Positions 10,932 to 24,720 of a stretch of 64,000 nucleotides of DNA are shown in pieces. Every line of letters starts with the position of its first letter. The first letter of the stretch is position 1. Source of the stretch: Camelus ferus (lineage: Eukaryota); NCBI RefSeq assembly GCF_009834535.1, contig NC_045699.1:64666001-64730000 (forward strand), given 5' to 3'. The notes below the pieces were generated by a model. The model ran no database searches, had not been told where the DNA came from, and saw only the letters and a list, made by a program, of their open reading frames with translations. The position numbers and the translations under genes were made by a program.

Positions 10932-13900
10932 CTAATGGGAAAATGGGATAAAGAAAGACAGATACAATTTGACCAAGGGGTTCCTGTCAAATTACCAAAC
11001 AATAAAACTAAAAAAAAGAGCAGCATCTGAGTGAACTAATAAGACTCCCAGAAGATTTCAGGATTTGGCTTTGTTGCTTTCATTTTAAATTACGTGCACC
11101 ATAATTACTTAAGTAAACAGTCAACAGAGCCATTCTGTGCCTGCGTACAACAGGAGCACAAAGGCATCTGTTCAGTAAACAAATCAATGACCACTGCTAC
11201 ATACGATCTGGGATCTTATTAAGGATGTGTATCACAGGGCACAAAATAGGTACAGGACACAAAATAGGTGTACAGCACTTTTTCCTTTGGCAGGGAGCAA
11301 AGAGTAGAAATCTGGGACCAGTAGCAATAACAACTTTTTCTTATAGAAGGGATTTTAATCACTAATCAATTCTTAAGGAAAACTGGGGCTCTCTTAGGTA
11401 ATCAATTTGAGATACATTAAGAATACGCTGAGCATGGCAATTTTTTTTTAACAATTAAATAAACTCATCCAAGAAGATAATCATTAACAGAAACTACCCC
11501 ATTGATAAGAACTCTTCAAGTGTCACCCTGGAGTTCTCTTAATTCTTTCTATTCTAAACCAAATTATTAGAACTACAAATATAAACTATATGTCAAGTTT
11601 TACATATTTAAAAAAAAAAAAACAGCAAAGAATACTAAGTACAGCTATTTGACTTGCCTTAACATTGCAAAGTTGGATGAGATGGCCCAGAGCTACCAAA
11701 TTAAGAATTCAAACATGTGATTGGGGCAAATATTCATAACTAAGATGTCACAAGATACTAAATCCATGTTTATCCAAATTTATTTCCTCTAAGCTACTAG
11801 AAAGTGAGTTTTTAAACTTTTGATGACTTAGTGCATTATTTAAATGCCTACAGCATACAAATGTTTCTGGGAAACAATTCTTTGTCTAATCCAATTAAGT
11901 CATATTTACCATCTTCTTTTAAGAACTCTCTTAGATGCAGGAGTTCACCAACACTTCTTTCTAGTACAGCCATGACAGTCACAGGATCAGTAGCACGTTT
12001 GTGCAGGCCAACTCATACACTGTAAATACTTATAAATAGGGGAACTCGATCACTGATACTTTTTGGCTTCTCAGTTATTACAAGATTCTACTATGGCAAA
12101 TTGACTGTATACTTTAAATGATAGATGGTCATTAACTAAAACTGAAAGCATTATGCCCAAAAGAAAAAAATTTATTGCAGAAAAAACTGTGGCTCTCTTT
12201 TACTGCCTGCAACATAAAAAGGCCGAAGTGCTACACACCTGTTTTCTGCCCGGGTGAGCTCTACAACAGGTACTTGTATTGTTTCACATTAACCTGTGCC
12301 AACAAACTCAGGATGCAGGGTCTCATTTCGTTACCCCTTTTTACTCATAAAATGTAAAGCATCAAAAAATAATTGTTAATGTGTTTTTATTTATAAATAT
12401 AAACAAACATACCATGGGTATTCACTTCATATGTGATTTAGTTCCTGGCTTTGCTTAATTCTTTTTAATGACACAAAACATATAACTAACTTATTTTCAC
12501 GTTTATATGTCAAAATGTTTGACTGGTCAATACGAGCATCTGTGTAAAGCTCACGTACAAGGTAAAACAAACTACTGTAAATGAACAATTAGAATCTCTT
12601 AGAAGTTAGACATGACAAAGGTTGACTGACTGCTAAATAATGTAGTCCCAAGAAAAGGCATGGATTGTGCTTATTTTTCAAGACTTCAACTTTAAAGTTA
12701 AAAGTAAGACAAGCTAACTTTTACTCCATCACCTTACCAAGTGGGAATGCTGGCAGGGGGAGGTCAATGGAAGAGAGGAGTAAGAGGAAGTTTGAATAGG
12801 AAAAGACAAGGCAAAACAACTCTTTTTGAACTTTCTGGTACTTTTGTCCAGTGATCAGAGCTTGTAATTAACATCTTAACGATCATTACGACACAGATAT
12901 TTTTAAAGGGGAACAATGGCAAAAATCTTCAGATAAATTCTTTCATCCTGAAGGACAGATTATAACCATAAACTCTTATTTAAAAAAATAGAGACATCAG
13001 CTTGCTACTACAGACAGTCAACATTTGGAGGCAGTAGATTCTACTAAAAAGAGGTGAAAGGGACAGGCAGTGAACAGATTCCCTTTTACATCACCATCAG
13101 AATGGCCATGTTTCTTCATGCTCTGATAGTCAAAAAGTCAAAAGATCCAAAATGTTTCAGTACTCACGAGATGGAAAACAGCAGAGGAGTGTAACAATTC
13201 ATCTCATTTTATCCTCCTCAAAGTTTCTCATTTTAAAACTACATAAATTTAAATGGCACTGTAGTGCTACCTGTAAGCCCTGTTTGCCTATTTCCTTTAT
13301 ATAATTAACAACATACAATTTTATGTATTTCCATTCATTAAGAAAAATAATGTAATGCAGCAATCACAGAATTGTTGCTGGAAAAACACTGCTACTTCTC
13401 AAGCAGACCCTCAGGTTTAACATTTCTGTATGATCTTCTAATGTAGGTGTTTCAATTTTGAGGGGATGCAAAACCTTCTTCATAAAGAGGTATCTTGGAG
13501 TCTTTAAATTGTAAACAATTTAACTGTGAGCCATTTCATTTTTTTCCTAGAGTCCACTAGTAAAACAGATTAAAAGAAGGAAGGAAGGAAGGAAGGAAGA
13601 CAGCATGGGGGATAGCGACAAAAACGCCCAAAGCAAAGAAAAACAGCTTTTAAAATTTATTGCTCAGTAACCTGGCATCAGGGCATGAAGGTACATAAAA
13701 CATTCTGAACAATGGAAGCACTAAAAAGAAGTCTATTATGCCTAACTTCGTTGATTTTGTTAGAGGTTAGATCAGTGACCAGAAACACACCGTACTGCAG
13801 GAAATGTTGGTCAGTTTCTCTCCATCCCTTACATGCAAGCTAACTCTGCCCGTTCACAAAAATGAAGATGGAGATGGGGTGGAGAAAAGCCAGAATATGA

Positions 13901-14595
13901 CTAAACCAGGGCTCTTCAAAGGTAAAATAATCAAGCTGGGTTACCACAAAGGCCTCCCTGACAATCTGAGTGAGTTCGTGCTGACAGAATTTTCAAGGTA
14001 ACCTGAAGATACCCAGCAGGCCCTTCTCTCAATTCCTTGAGGCTCTGTGAAGAGCAGACACTATGCTTCAAGCCACTGTCCATGCAAAACCTCAGGCCAC
14101 ACTAATATGAACAGATAAACGTAGCACTTAGATAAAACAGAGCACTGTTCTCCTAATTTATGGTAGAAACGTCACTTATTATGACTTTTCTTCAATGTCT
14201 CAGTAGGCAGTGGGCCACTGGAAAGACAGTGGCTACAGCTTTGCACCAGATAATGTAGGTCTACCAGCTGTAGGCAGGAAAATAAAGCCTGTAGGAGTTG
14301 TAAATCCTAGCTGAGATCTTAGGACTGTGAGATCTGATGTCTGCCACCTAGCAGGACTCATGCAAGTGAACTGTCAAAACCCACGAGAAGCTGGCACTAA
14401 CATCAACATGGAAAAGGGATTCTTGGGCAACATCTCCAGGACCCTTGAAAATCCACCTTTACACTGAGGAGTTTGTAGTTTCCCTACCTATCTGGTTTTG
14501 AATTGTACTATTAATATAATAAACAGCTGATTTATCACCCTCACAGCAAATAACTTCTGGTTTAAAATCACAAGCACCAAAAGAAGCTGTGACTG

Positions 14596-15202
14596 TGTAA
14601 GGCTCAGAATAACTAAATCAACTACCATCATCCTAGACAGTAACTGGACTTAAGAGTAGAGGAAGGGGGCAGGGCACAACCATTCAAGGGATGACGCAGC
14701 AATTAACATCAAAAAGGTGGAAGATTCAACTCCCAGTAGGCCTCGAAGCTCAAGATGGCTGGAGATTTGACTACTTCTGGTAGACCTTGAGCTTCATTAT
14801 AAGCTCATTGTAACATATTAGCATGGTCAATAACATGCCCACAGGCCCATGACAGTCCCAAGGCTAGCCACAAAAGGTCAAAGAGTAGGAAATGGCCAAC
14901 TTCCTGGGAATCCTAGCCCCTTCCCCAGGGTAGTTAGATTGGTCCTTCCACTTATTAGCATATGAAGCTACCGAGCCCATAAGAACTGGCAACATGGCAC
15001 CTCTTGGCTGCCTCTCCTGCTCCCTCATCTTCTGAGAAGGCCCGCACTCCATGGAGTGTGTACCTACTTTTCCTCTAACCTGAGCACTCAACCCTGACAC
15101 CTCGTGGCCTTTCTCTTGCCTTTTGAAACAGCCTACACTGTATGCAGTATGTATCTCTCTAAATAAACCTACCTTTACTCAAAAAAAAAAAAAAAAAAAA
15201 AA
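14596..15202 (+). mobile_element. ERV1-like LTR (U3-R) ending in poly(A)
   Basis: Starts tgtaagg; LTR-like interior (ttagcatatgaagc, cccataagaactgg, actccatggagtgtgtacc); AATAAA at 15162-15167, then 13 nt, then A22 at 15181-15202. Confidence 0.7.
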
Positions 15203-15739
15203 GTCACAGGAGATGGGTAAACTGTGAGACTTCCTTCATTTATAAAACAGGAAAATCTACCCTCATAGGGCTGTTGTGAAGGTTAAAGTAAATCATATAT
15301 GAGAAAGTGCTTATAACACAGAAAGTTATAAAATATCCTAACAGAGCTAAATCTTCAATATATATTGCTTGATTTCTGAGACACCCATTGTTTATGCTTC
15401 TTACACACCAGGCAGATAATATGCTGGCAACAAAAATTCATTTAACAGTTTTCTGATTGCCCACTAAGTATTAGGTACCACTCCAGGTTCTGGGATAAAG
15501 GACAGGGGTAGGGAAGAAGACAACTGTCTCAATGAATCATAAGCTATAGAAGCCAGTTCATTACTTGCAGTGTAGCAAATACAGTACATTAATTCCAATA
15601 CTACACTTCAGTTGGCGTTTAAGAGCTGAACTGTATTTAGGTTTACTTCTTCAGATCCATCATATCCACATTATTCTCACTGTGACCTCAAGGCAATTTG
15701 AATAGATGAGTTTGTGCTGTGACTTTTTAGTGAGCGGAG

Positions 15740-15940
15740 TAACGACCACTATTTACTAAGCAACCACTCTGTGCTGGGTACAACACAGGTCACATTACAC
15801 AGATTCTCTCATTTGACCTCAAACAACTGTCTCAAATATTCATTGCTCATTTCAAAATAAAGAAACCTGTCCAAGGTCACATAGCTGTAATTAATACAGT
15901 TAAGAATCAAATACTTGGCTGCCAGGCACCAAGGTCTCTG
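15740..15940 (-). mobile_element. MIR fragment
   Basis: acctgtccaaggtcacatagctgt MIR core. Confidence 0.55.
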
Positions 15941-18785
15941 CTTCTTCTCCTATGACTTCTTTAGGAGGAAGCGTGCAGTTATGGGGAATGGTTATTCTTT
16001 AGGAACTTCAAGTAAAGGGTTAGAATATGGAAATAAGATGGACAACACGTGAGAAATCTTACCTACAAAACAGTAAACAGTACCAGAGAGATTCACCATG
16101 TACTCCAGCCAATGAAAATGTAAACAGTGATTTGAAACAAGTAGTTAGATAGAGCCACTTCTGCAGAGACAACCTTGAGGAGATAAGTGTGATGTTCTCA
16201 CCTGCCCTGCCCCAGTCCTCTGGCTCCACCTGGCTCTCAGATTTTTTTCGCTTTATTTTACCCAATTATGTGGCAAGTAAAGAGAGGGAAGAGAAATTTG
16301 TTCCTTTAAAATTTTATGCATATGAATATACATAAATCAAATCATATTAATTATATATGAATAATAATTAAATAATAATTGTATATATGAATACATATAC
16401 ATGAGGTATATATGTATCGTGAATAGCCTGTTTGTTCTGTGGGAGAGGAGATGTTGAGATTCTACAGGAAAATGTCCCCCCAAAAGTTACAATGGATGTT
16501 CTTTTAAACTTTGAGAAAGAAAATGAGTGGAGATTTTTTTTCAGAAGATCTCAGTTTTAGAAATTCCTGGAACCTAAATGAATCTTGGGGCTTTCAACCC
16601 TTGTAGCTGAAAAGAACTGCATCAAGGCGAGAGGAGTTATCTGGTGTGATGAAACGAATCCTACAGAATTACACAGCCCAGGTCTCAAATGCTCAGTTAC
16701 GCTGGATCCTCAAAGTTGCCCCAGGAGTACACAAAACTGCTAGCGCAGATCAAAAAACACTGACAAAGCCCAGGTTAGACAAAATGAGCAAATTATAAGA
16801 GATAACAAGTGAGTCAACAGGGCTGGGAGATTAAGGAAAACAGCAAAGCAAATCTTTCTGCCACTTAGAGGGAGAGGAAGTAACGTGTGTAAAACATTAG
16901 AGCCAAGCTGATTCCTTCATCTTACCTTATCCCACACAATTATGTTAACATCAGTTGATGAGATTCAGCTCGTAAAGAGGTCTTGGGAGCCTTGAGTAAC
17001 CCAAACACCTCGAACAGAGACGATGGCTCCTACTTCACTACAGATTCCATTCTGTAATAACTAGTCTTCTACAGTAAGAGTGCAATACACTAAGAATGTT
17101 TTAGGTTCTCTGAACAAAAATTAAAGTTATAAAAGCAACAGACTAAGCTTAAAGGTATCACTGAAAACTGACAAAATCCCATGAAGTACACAAAACCATA
17201 GGGGAAAATGAGCCTGCTGTTCACTTAATACTTTCAAAGTAATGGAAGGGACGTCTACAGCTCCAAGCAAACATGACCTAGTCTTTGGCAACTTCAGTCT
17301 TCTCATCTCTCTATAATCAAATAATTTTTTAATAATATCTATAATTATAACCCTACTTAGAAATGGTTAGTTTTACACTAGAGGGTCAAGTAGAACACAG
17401 CTTACCAGAATTAACAGAATTATCTTGATACTTCAGAAATCATTTTATAGTTCTACAGTTAATGGTGAACTGTAAAGCTGTTAAAGAAATTAAGTCATAT
17501 AAGATTGGTTCTTCAGAGATGTTAGAGATACTATATACAGATATACAGCCAAAAAAAAAATACAGGTCTAAACCCAATTATAGATTGGATTCACTTCAAT
17601 TTTAAACTATGACTCATAAATGTGTCTAAGCTTATATCTGTTGGGTATGGCATAGCTGATTTAGTTACCCCAAAAGACTTTTTAAAAAAGGGAGTCTATC
17701 ACTTTTACTTTAAGAAATCCTGTGAGTCGTGTCTGCCAAAGCTCAAAGTTCTAACAATCTCAGGTAGATCTGTCTTTTTCTACCTTTATCGTTAACTTGA
17801 AATAAATTAAGAAACTGACCAATATTTCTTGCTGCACTGGTATTTCAGGTAGGGGAGTAAGCAATGTAACTTGCTGAATGTCTAGTGATGAGAAAACAGC
17901 AACAGGGAGTCCCCACTGGCCCAGTGAGGCCACACTGCCTCTAAATTGTCATGACAGAGAGGGGCCAGTTGGTCAAAGGTCTGACACAGGAGAAATTATC
18001 ACACGGCAAGTTTCTAGGGACAGGACTGAGAGGAAGAAACAAACTAATGTGAAAGGATTTAAAAAAAAAAAAAAAAAAAAAGCCCAGCTCCATAATTACT
18101 TCTCAAAACTGAGTAGATTTCTCACTCTACTTTTATACAATGGCAATGCCAAGCAGAAATTCTTTTCAGCTCCAGAAGAAAGTTAGTTTAAAGCATGATT
18201 CCCACACATATACTATTCAAAATGTTAACAGGATAACAAACCCCCTCCAAGAAAAAAATTTACTAAAGGTGTTAAAGAATCAATTCCCCCAATTTATCTC
18301 TCTTACATTATAAAAGATTTACATATAGGCAATAGGATAAAGCATAATTCTTAAAAAGTCATAGTTATTAGACATTAAGAACAATGTACAAATGAGTAAC
18401 TTGACACAAAAGTGAGTAAATTTGAAAACAATACTGTTTTGAACCACATTTAACCCTAATATCAGACTTCAGAGCCAAGCTACAAAGAATAGGTTGGCCG
18501 ATACCAATAACAATGCAATATGAGACAAAGTAAAACAGAACACCAAAACAGTATAAAAATTAAAGTGGAGTTAAGACCAACAAGATAAGCACAGGTTTTG
18601 AATTAGCATATTTTATATTTCAAATATATACCTTTTTCCAAATAAAGTGACTGTGTAAAAATAAAGCTGTTTAAAATACTGAGTGGCATAAAAAATGAAG
18701 ATAGGTATTTCTTAAATCCGTAAAGCATAACTAACATAGCATTCAAGAGATCTTACGTAAACAAAATACATATTTATATACATAC

Positions 18786-18832
18786 ATCTATCTATCTATC
18801 TATCTATCTATCTATATATATATATATATATA
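18786..18832. repeat. (ATCT)n(AT)n microsatellite next to the exon-6 donor
   Basis: Directly visible; ends about 10 nt from the splice donor at 18843. Confidence 0.95.
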
Positions 18833-18843
18833 CACACGTGTAC

Positions 18844-18988
18844 CTCCATCCTTCTTCTCCAATTCGTCCCTAATTAGAGGGGAAGTAAGTATCACCTTCA
18901 AAGTTAGAGTGGGCTCTTTTGTATTCCGAATTATAATAGATGCCTCATCTACACATTGTTCCACTTGATATTTCTCTTCTGTGAGTTT
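18844..18988 (-). CDS. STRBP: STRBP coding exon (exon 6 equivalent), DZF domain
   Basis: 145 nt, tttcAG...GTacac; [48 protein letters not shown]+G. Confidence 0.96.
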
Positions 18989-21900
18989 CTGAAAGTCATC
19001 AAGATTTCAAAAACACTGAATTAAAATTTCAAGAAATGAATGATTGCCTCTTAGTTTTCAAATGTTATTAACAATTAGTATTATTGTGCTGAAAAAGTAG
19101 TCTTTAACTAGTTCTTTAGTGTAAAGATAACATTTCTGCCCTCAACTTACCAGCAAATCCTTTCTCCATCCCTCAAAAAGCAACCACAATGTCGATGATC
19201 TATACAATTATTAAACAACATTTAAACCCATTCTTTCTAATATTTGAAAGTGAGTTGCCAACAGCATCACTATATGATAAAGGGTAAATTATTGTTCTTG
19301 AAATTATTACAGAGAACTATTACAGAATAATAAATCGCTGGGAATGCTCTCTAAATCAATACCTTTTTTGACAGGACAGCCTAAACAGGAACTCCCACTT
19401 GCTAAGGACATATAAACATAAGATTATGTAGGCTTTTATATAAGATTATGTAGACTTTAAAAGAAAATAAATTAAGAATGAAAGAGAAAGGATCTCTGCA
19501 CACTCACCAGCAAAAAAAAAAAAAAAAAAAAAAAATTAGTGTAAGCAAGTAACTTCCCTTCTTTAACAACAGACCTGCTTTGGGTCAAGTCATCTGACAT
19601 CCACAAGGAACTATACATTGCTTCTTTTAACATACAATATATACACATACAGAAAATAATCACCAACTAGAATCATATATTAAGTTATATATATTTTTAT
19701 ACACTAAATACACAGTTTAATGTTACACAGGGCCTTTCTTGGTGGTAAAATTTAATTTCTATTACCTGACATAAACAGTTAAACATAAACACTACTGGGT
19801 CTCTCTCTGCTCACCAGTGTGCATTAAAGGAGCTCAAAGCCATTTATGTAAAAACAGCATTTACCACTAAACATTCCCAGAAAGACAGAAAATAGAAAAT
19901 TCATTATCCTAATTTTGAATGGAGAAAACCAAGAAAGGGAAAAGCCACACAGTGGCTGGAAAAAACCAGAACTAGACTATAGAGAAAAAGCAGAAAACTG
20001 CTCACATTCATTTTGCCACTCTAAGAGCATTAAAGATGTCTCAGAGAATAACTCAAACTAAATTTTTCAATTATGCTTGCCATAAGACACACCCAATGAA
20101 GTAAACATGTAGTATGAGTGCTGGGCTAGACTAATTATAAGTGATTTCTGGTTTTGGTCATCCTTCTACTGCTTTACTCAAGGAAGTTCTAAAATTGCCC
20201 TACAAAAGAGTCTGCAGAGAAAGGTATGGTGCAACCTCAATTAATTAAGGTACTTTGATAACTGAAAGTTTTGCTATGGTAATTGATCAGGAAAAAGATT
20301 TTTAATTCACAAGAAAATAAGATCATATCAGAGATTGGTTCTCCAAATGCCAAGAAAACAAGGGGGGGGGGCGGATAGAGGGTAAAGGTAAAAAAAAAAT
20401 CACACTTAAGATGATTTTCTGAAATAGTATTAGTAATAGTAATAATAATAATAATAGGTGTATACTTGCGTGTATATATGTGGGCATATATATGTGTGTA
20501 TACTGTTTAATTTAATACAAAATGTATGTACATCATCATTTCACTTGGGTACCTTTACCCAAATATCTGTATTAATGGATCTAACCATCATACAAAGCAG
20601 CTGGTTTCACTGTTGGATAACTCTGTTGACTATGTTAAATTCAAATGTTTCTTATAATGTCCACCATTTATCTTAAGAGTTCAGGCCACTTTTACCTTCT
20701 CCAAGGAGCCCTTCAAAGACCTAAAGATATTTGTATCTTTTTAGGTTTCTCTAGTCAAAAAAGCCCTAGTCTCTTCAAATCTGAAATAGTTCACACAGCC
20801 TGCACTCTCTCCTGGTTCCCTCCCTTGAACACTTGCTAGCTCAACAAGAACATTTAAAAACTGTGATGCCCAGAAATAAAGATCCTGACTCAGGAAAGAA
20901 AACACAGAGTTCACATAGTTGTGATGTGCACAGGGAAAGCTCTATTAATGCAACTGAAACTAGGCCCAATCTCCTGTATCTTCAGTACGGGAGAAATATG
21001 ACAGATCTTTCAGAATAAGAACTTCAATTTCTTATAGTACTGGTTCTCAATCTTTTCTCCACCCTGACACACCTGAGGAATATGATCACTCTCACAAACA
21101 GGACTCATTAAAGGGAAAAGAAAAGAGGGTGAGATGGTTGGAAAAGTCTTTGTGTCCAACCCTTTGATTATTATTCCTTTAGTACAGATTTAAGAGTAAT
21201 AATGTTCACTATAATAAGACCAGAAATACAGGTTTTAAAACAATATTAAAAGTAATGGGAAAAGATGAATTTTATTAACATTCTAATAACAAAAAGTACA
21301 GGTGGTCTGAAATCCATTACTGAGCTTTCTGTTTCTTAACATTTTTTACTGTTCTCCATGTTGCTTACCACTTTCCCTCCCCAAATGGTCACATAAGGAT
21401 TTAAAACAACTTTTTAAAAGAAATGAATTTAACCCTTGAAATAGAAACATTTTTTCAATCAAAATTAAAAATGGAAGAGCAAAATATGTTTGTTCAGTCA
21501 CTCAGAAAATCTTACCTTATAATCTAAGAACGAAAAATAAAATAGTCCTCCAGAAATTAATACAGAAAAAAATGCATCAACAAGTAACACAAATTTGAGT
21601 GTAAAGAACAGTAGATAAAAATCAGTATGATGGTTATGAAGATCAGCTGCTAAATATGAAAGAAAATGATCCATAAGGAAGCTAATAAAAACAAATTTAG
21701 ATTTCATATTACTTGGGGCAGTGGGGTAAGAGCCTTTTTAGAAGAAATACAAATAAAAGAAACTGACAATAAAAAAGAGAGCATTCAACAACTCAAAGTT
21801 CAACCTTGCATACTGATACCTATCTATGCGACACGGATATATGAACTAACTGATACGAAATCACCAAAAAGCTACAATCTAGTTACATGACAGATAACAC

Positions 21901-22564
21901 ATCTGAAACTGAAAGGTGACAATGGCTTCCCAATCAGTGATGCAACTTGCCCTTGGAGCAGGCTGACAGAGCAGGTCCCAGGGTGACCACAGCCCCCGAT
22001 CAATCAGTTGGCTTCAGCCCTGAGAAGCCTTCGGCCTTCAGCAGCACCCTCCAGGAAGCATGCCAACATTAAATTTTCTAAATGCATCCCAATGTGAAAA
22101 AGGTTTGGAAACAAGGAATTAATAGTGACTTTCCATTAACAGAATGAGTGAAGTTAAATTAACTGAGTCTTCAATTTTAAAAATTATCATCTATGAAAGT
22201 CTCCAGTTGTCTAGGCTCTTTTTGAGCTTTTGATTCTTTTCTGCATTATACTAACCCTTCCAAGAGTTTTATAACGCTGAAAAGTCTAGTCTGGAAAACA
22301 TGAAAACTCTCGGTAAGATACATCTAAAGAATTTAAGAGTGTACCTTAAGAGCCATCTTAATTTAGTAAATATATCCTGAGTACTAATCACCAGAAGTTT
22401 GCCTTCATTGTGATGCTTGAGTCACTGACCCAGAGTAGCAGTATTCCCTTTGTCTGTACCTACCCTTTATTATTACCAATTTCTTATTATTAAGTTTATC
22501 AAGGTCACTACCTATTTTCACCTTTTTACAAATTCTCCTAGANNNNNNNNNNNNNNNNNNNNNN

Positions 22565-22730
22565 NNNNNNNNNNNNNNNNNNNNNNNNNNNNNNNNNNNN
22601 NNNNNNNNNNNNNNNNNNNNNNNNNNNNNNNNNNNNNNNNNNNNNNNNNNNNNNNNNNNNNNNNNNNNNNNNNNNNNNNNNNNNNNNNNNNNNNNNNNNN
22701 NNNNNNCACAACGTCCGACCACCTTGATCC
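22565..22730 (-). CDS. STRBP: STRBP coding exon (exon 5 equivalent), mostly hidden in N-run 22543-22706
   Basis: Visible 24 nt after tttttAG: G GAT CAA GGT GGT CGG ACG TTG TG = (K)DQGGRTL(C). Left end inferred from the 166-nt human exon. Confidence 0.85.
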
Positions 22731-23624
22731 CTAAAAATAAAAGTCTGAATGATTACTTTCACAACCTACTTCCCCAACTATAACTTAATCATCACCTGGC
22801 TTTCTGACTATCCATATGAACTGTTAAGGGGGAACATAAATCCAGATAACCAAAATTCCACAAAAGTAAGTCTCAGATTTAAGGCTCATAAACTATCTTC
22901 CTCAAAGAATCAACAGGGAGAATATTTCAGCCTATAGATTTCAATTCTTTATGACATCTAATATTGCTCAGGAAAATCCAAAAATACTATATCCTCTTAA
23001 ACATTTTTTCATTTTTTTTAAATCCTCCTTTTATCTTTTAATTTAGTAATTAAAGAATTGTGAGAAACATGAACACTGCAGTGTGCTGAGAAAGAGCATC
23101 AGGCAGGGAACTAAAAGACCTGGACTCTACTCCTCGTGGTGCCTGCTGGCTCAATATCTGTAACTGTAAATCGGCTGCATGAGCCTTAGCTCATTCCTTT
23201 GAGCTGTAGCATTCTAGGAATCCATAAAAGTTTATGGGAAAAGCAGAACAATGTGATAAAAGTGAAGAGCTGAGGAACCCAAAGATGGTCTGCCAACACA
23301 CACATTCCAGATCCAGTGGTAGCTACAAGAACCAACATTCAAAGAACAAGTCATGAACGGTGCATAAGAATACTGTTAACATCTATCCTTGATTTTAATA
23401 CTGTAAGTTTCTTATTGGCTTCATTTCCCTTAATCACAAGTGAAAATGTAACTAAACTTGGCAATCATTCAATAAGTAAGCAACCCGTTTGCGTATGGAA
23501 AACATACTAGAGGGGATCCAATCTCTCCTGCTCCCAAGGCTCATACTGCAGTTAAGTACAAAAGCTGCTTAAAACCTGCTTAAAAGGGAAGAGAAAGTAA
23601 CATCTAAGAAACTGCATGCCACAA

Positions 23625-23785
23625 ATTCTCATTTAAACCTTACAAAGAGCCTGAATTTGAAAGACAAAGAATGTGAATCTCAGAAAAGGTGATTAATTGT
23701 TCAAGTTCACAGAGAGAGTAAAATGGCAAAGCCTGGATTCAAACTCAAGTTGGTTTGACCACAACACTCAAGCTCTTTATATTAT
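23625..23785 (-). mobile_element. MIR fragment
   Basis: gttcaagttcacag...ggcaaagcctggattcaaactcaag. Confidence 0.6.
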
Positions 23786-24499
23786 TAGGGCTGCTTCCCA
23801 ATTTCAGAGAAGACAGAGGTAAAAATAGAAAGGTCAAGCAAGGCAACCTGTAAGTTTGACTTCAGCAGAGTCTTGATTTGGCTAGATAGAAAAATGGTCA
23901 TTCTAGCTGGAGGCAAAGAATCAGCAGAGTCGGGCCCAAGTCAGCAGAGTGGAGAATGAACTAGAGAAAGGAGAAGGGAGAGAAACAAACTGTGGCAGTG
24001 GAAACAAGACAGTTATAAATAATCCAGCCGTGGGTTCAGTGCCTGACACACCTTAAGAGATTAGGTCAATGAAAAAATATAAGGCTGGTACAAGTACAGA
24101 AAGAAATACAAAGCATTTTAAAGAAAGTGAACCAAGTACAGGGAATTATTTGCTATTAAGAACAAAGTCAGTCATCTTTGATTTTTTTCTTCTTCTGTAT
24201 CCCTGTCCATACATCTTCTCATTCTCCCAAATCTAATAACAGTTTATAAATTCCCTCTTCATAATCACTCTCAAAGCCTTGCCTTCAAACTAGTTTCTTT
24301 TCTCTTACTACCTCTCACCTAGACGACCTCAGTAACCTCCTCTCCACTGGCCTAACTGACTAACCAGTAGCATCTCATCTCTGTTTACAGGATGCCGCAG
24401 CCAAGTCTTCCAAAACCATTGAGTGAATGGAACTCCGCTTATTATTTTCCTCATGTCCCACTGAACACTCAGACATTGAGCATATTGGGAGGCAATTTA

Positions 24500-24720
24500 G
24501 GAGACAGCATGACTTCCTGCTGTGAATCCTGGCTCTGCCACTTACTGTTTGACAGTGGACAAATCACAAATTACTTGACTTTTTTGAGCCTACTTTCTCA
24601 TTTGTAAAAATGGAGTAACACCTTCCTCAGAGTAATGCCTACAATATCATTTAATTAATTTAAGTAATGAACTTAGTCCAGGGCTTGGCATATATTAATA
24701 GCTCAATAAACAATAGCTTA
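24500..24720 (+). mobile_element. MIR
   Basis: gtgaatcctggctctgccacttactg...ttctcatttgtaaaaatggag...gctcaataaac. Confidence 0.7.

Noticed and set aside
17990-18081. Strong pyrimidine tract and AG on minus next to an A-run
   Set aside because: No convincing downstream donor; such tracts are frequent in this T-rich sense strand.
17878-18186. ORF starting MSSDEK, like the STRBP exon-14 peptide MSSDEK
   Set aside because: Opposite strand, different codons from those I recall, no similarity beyond six residues, and it runs through a poly(A) tract; coincidence.
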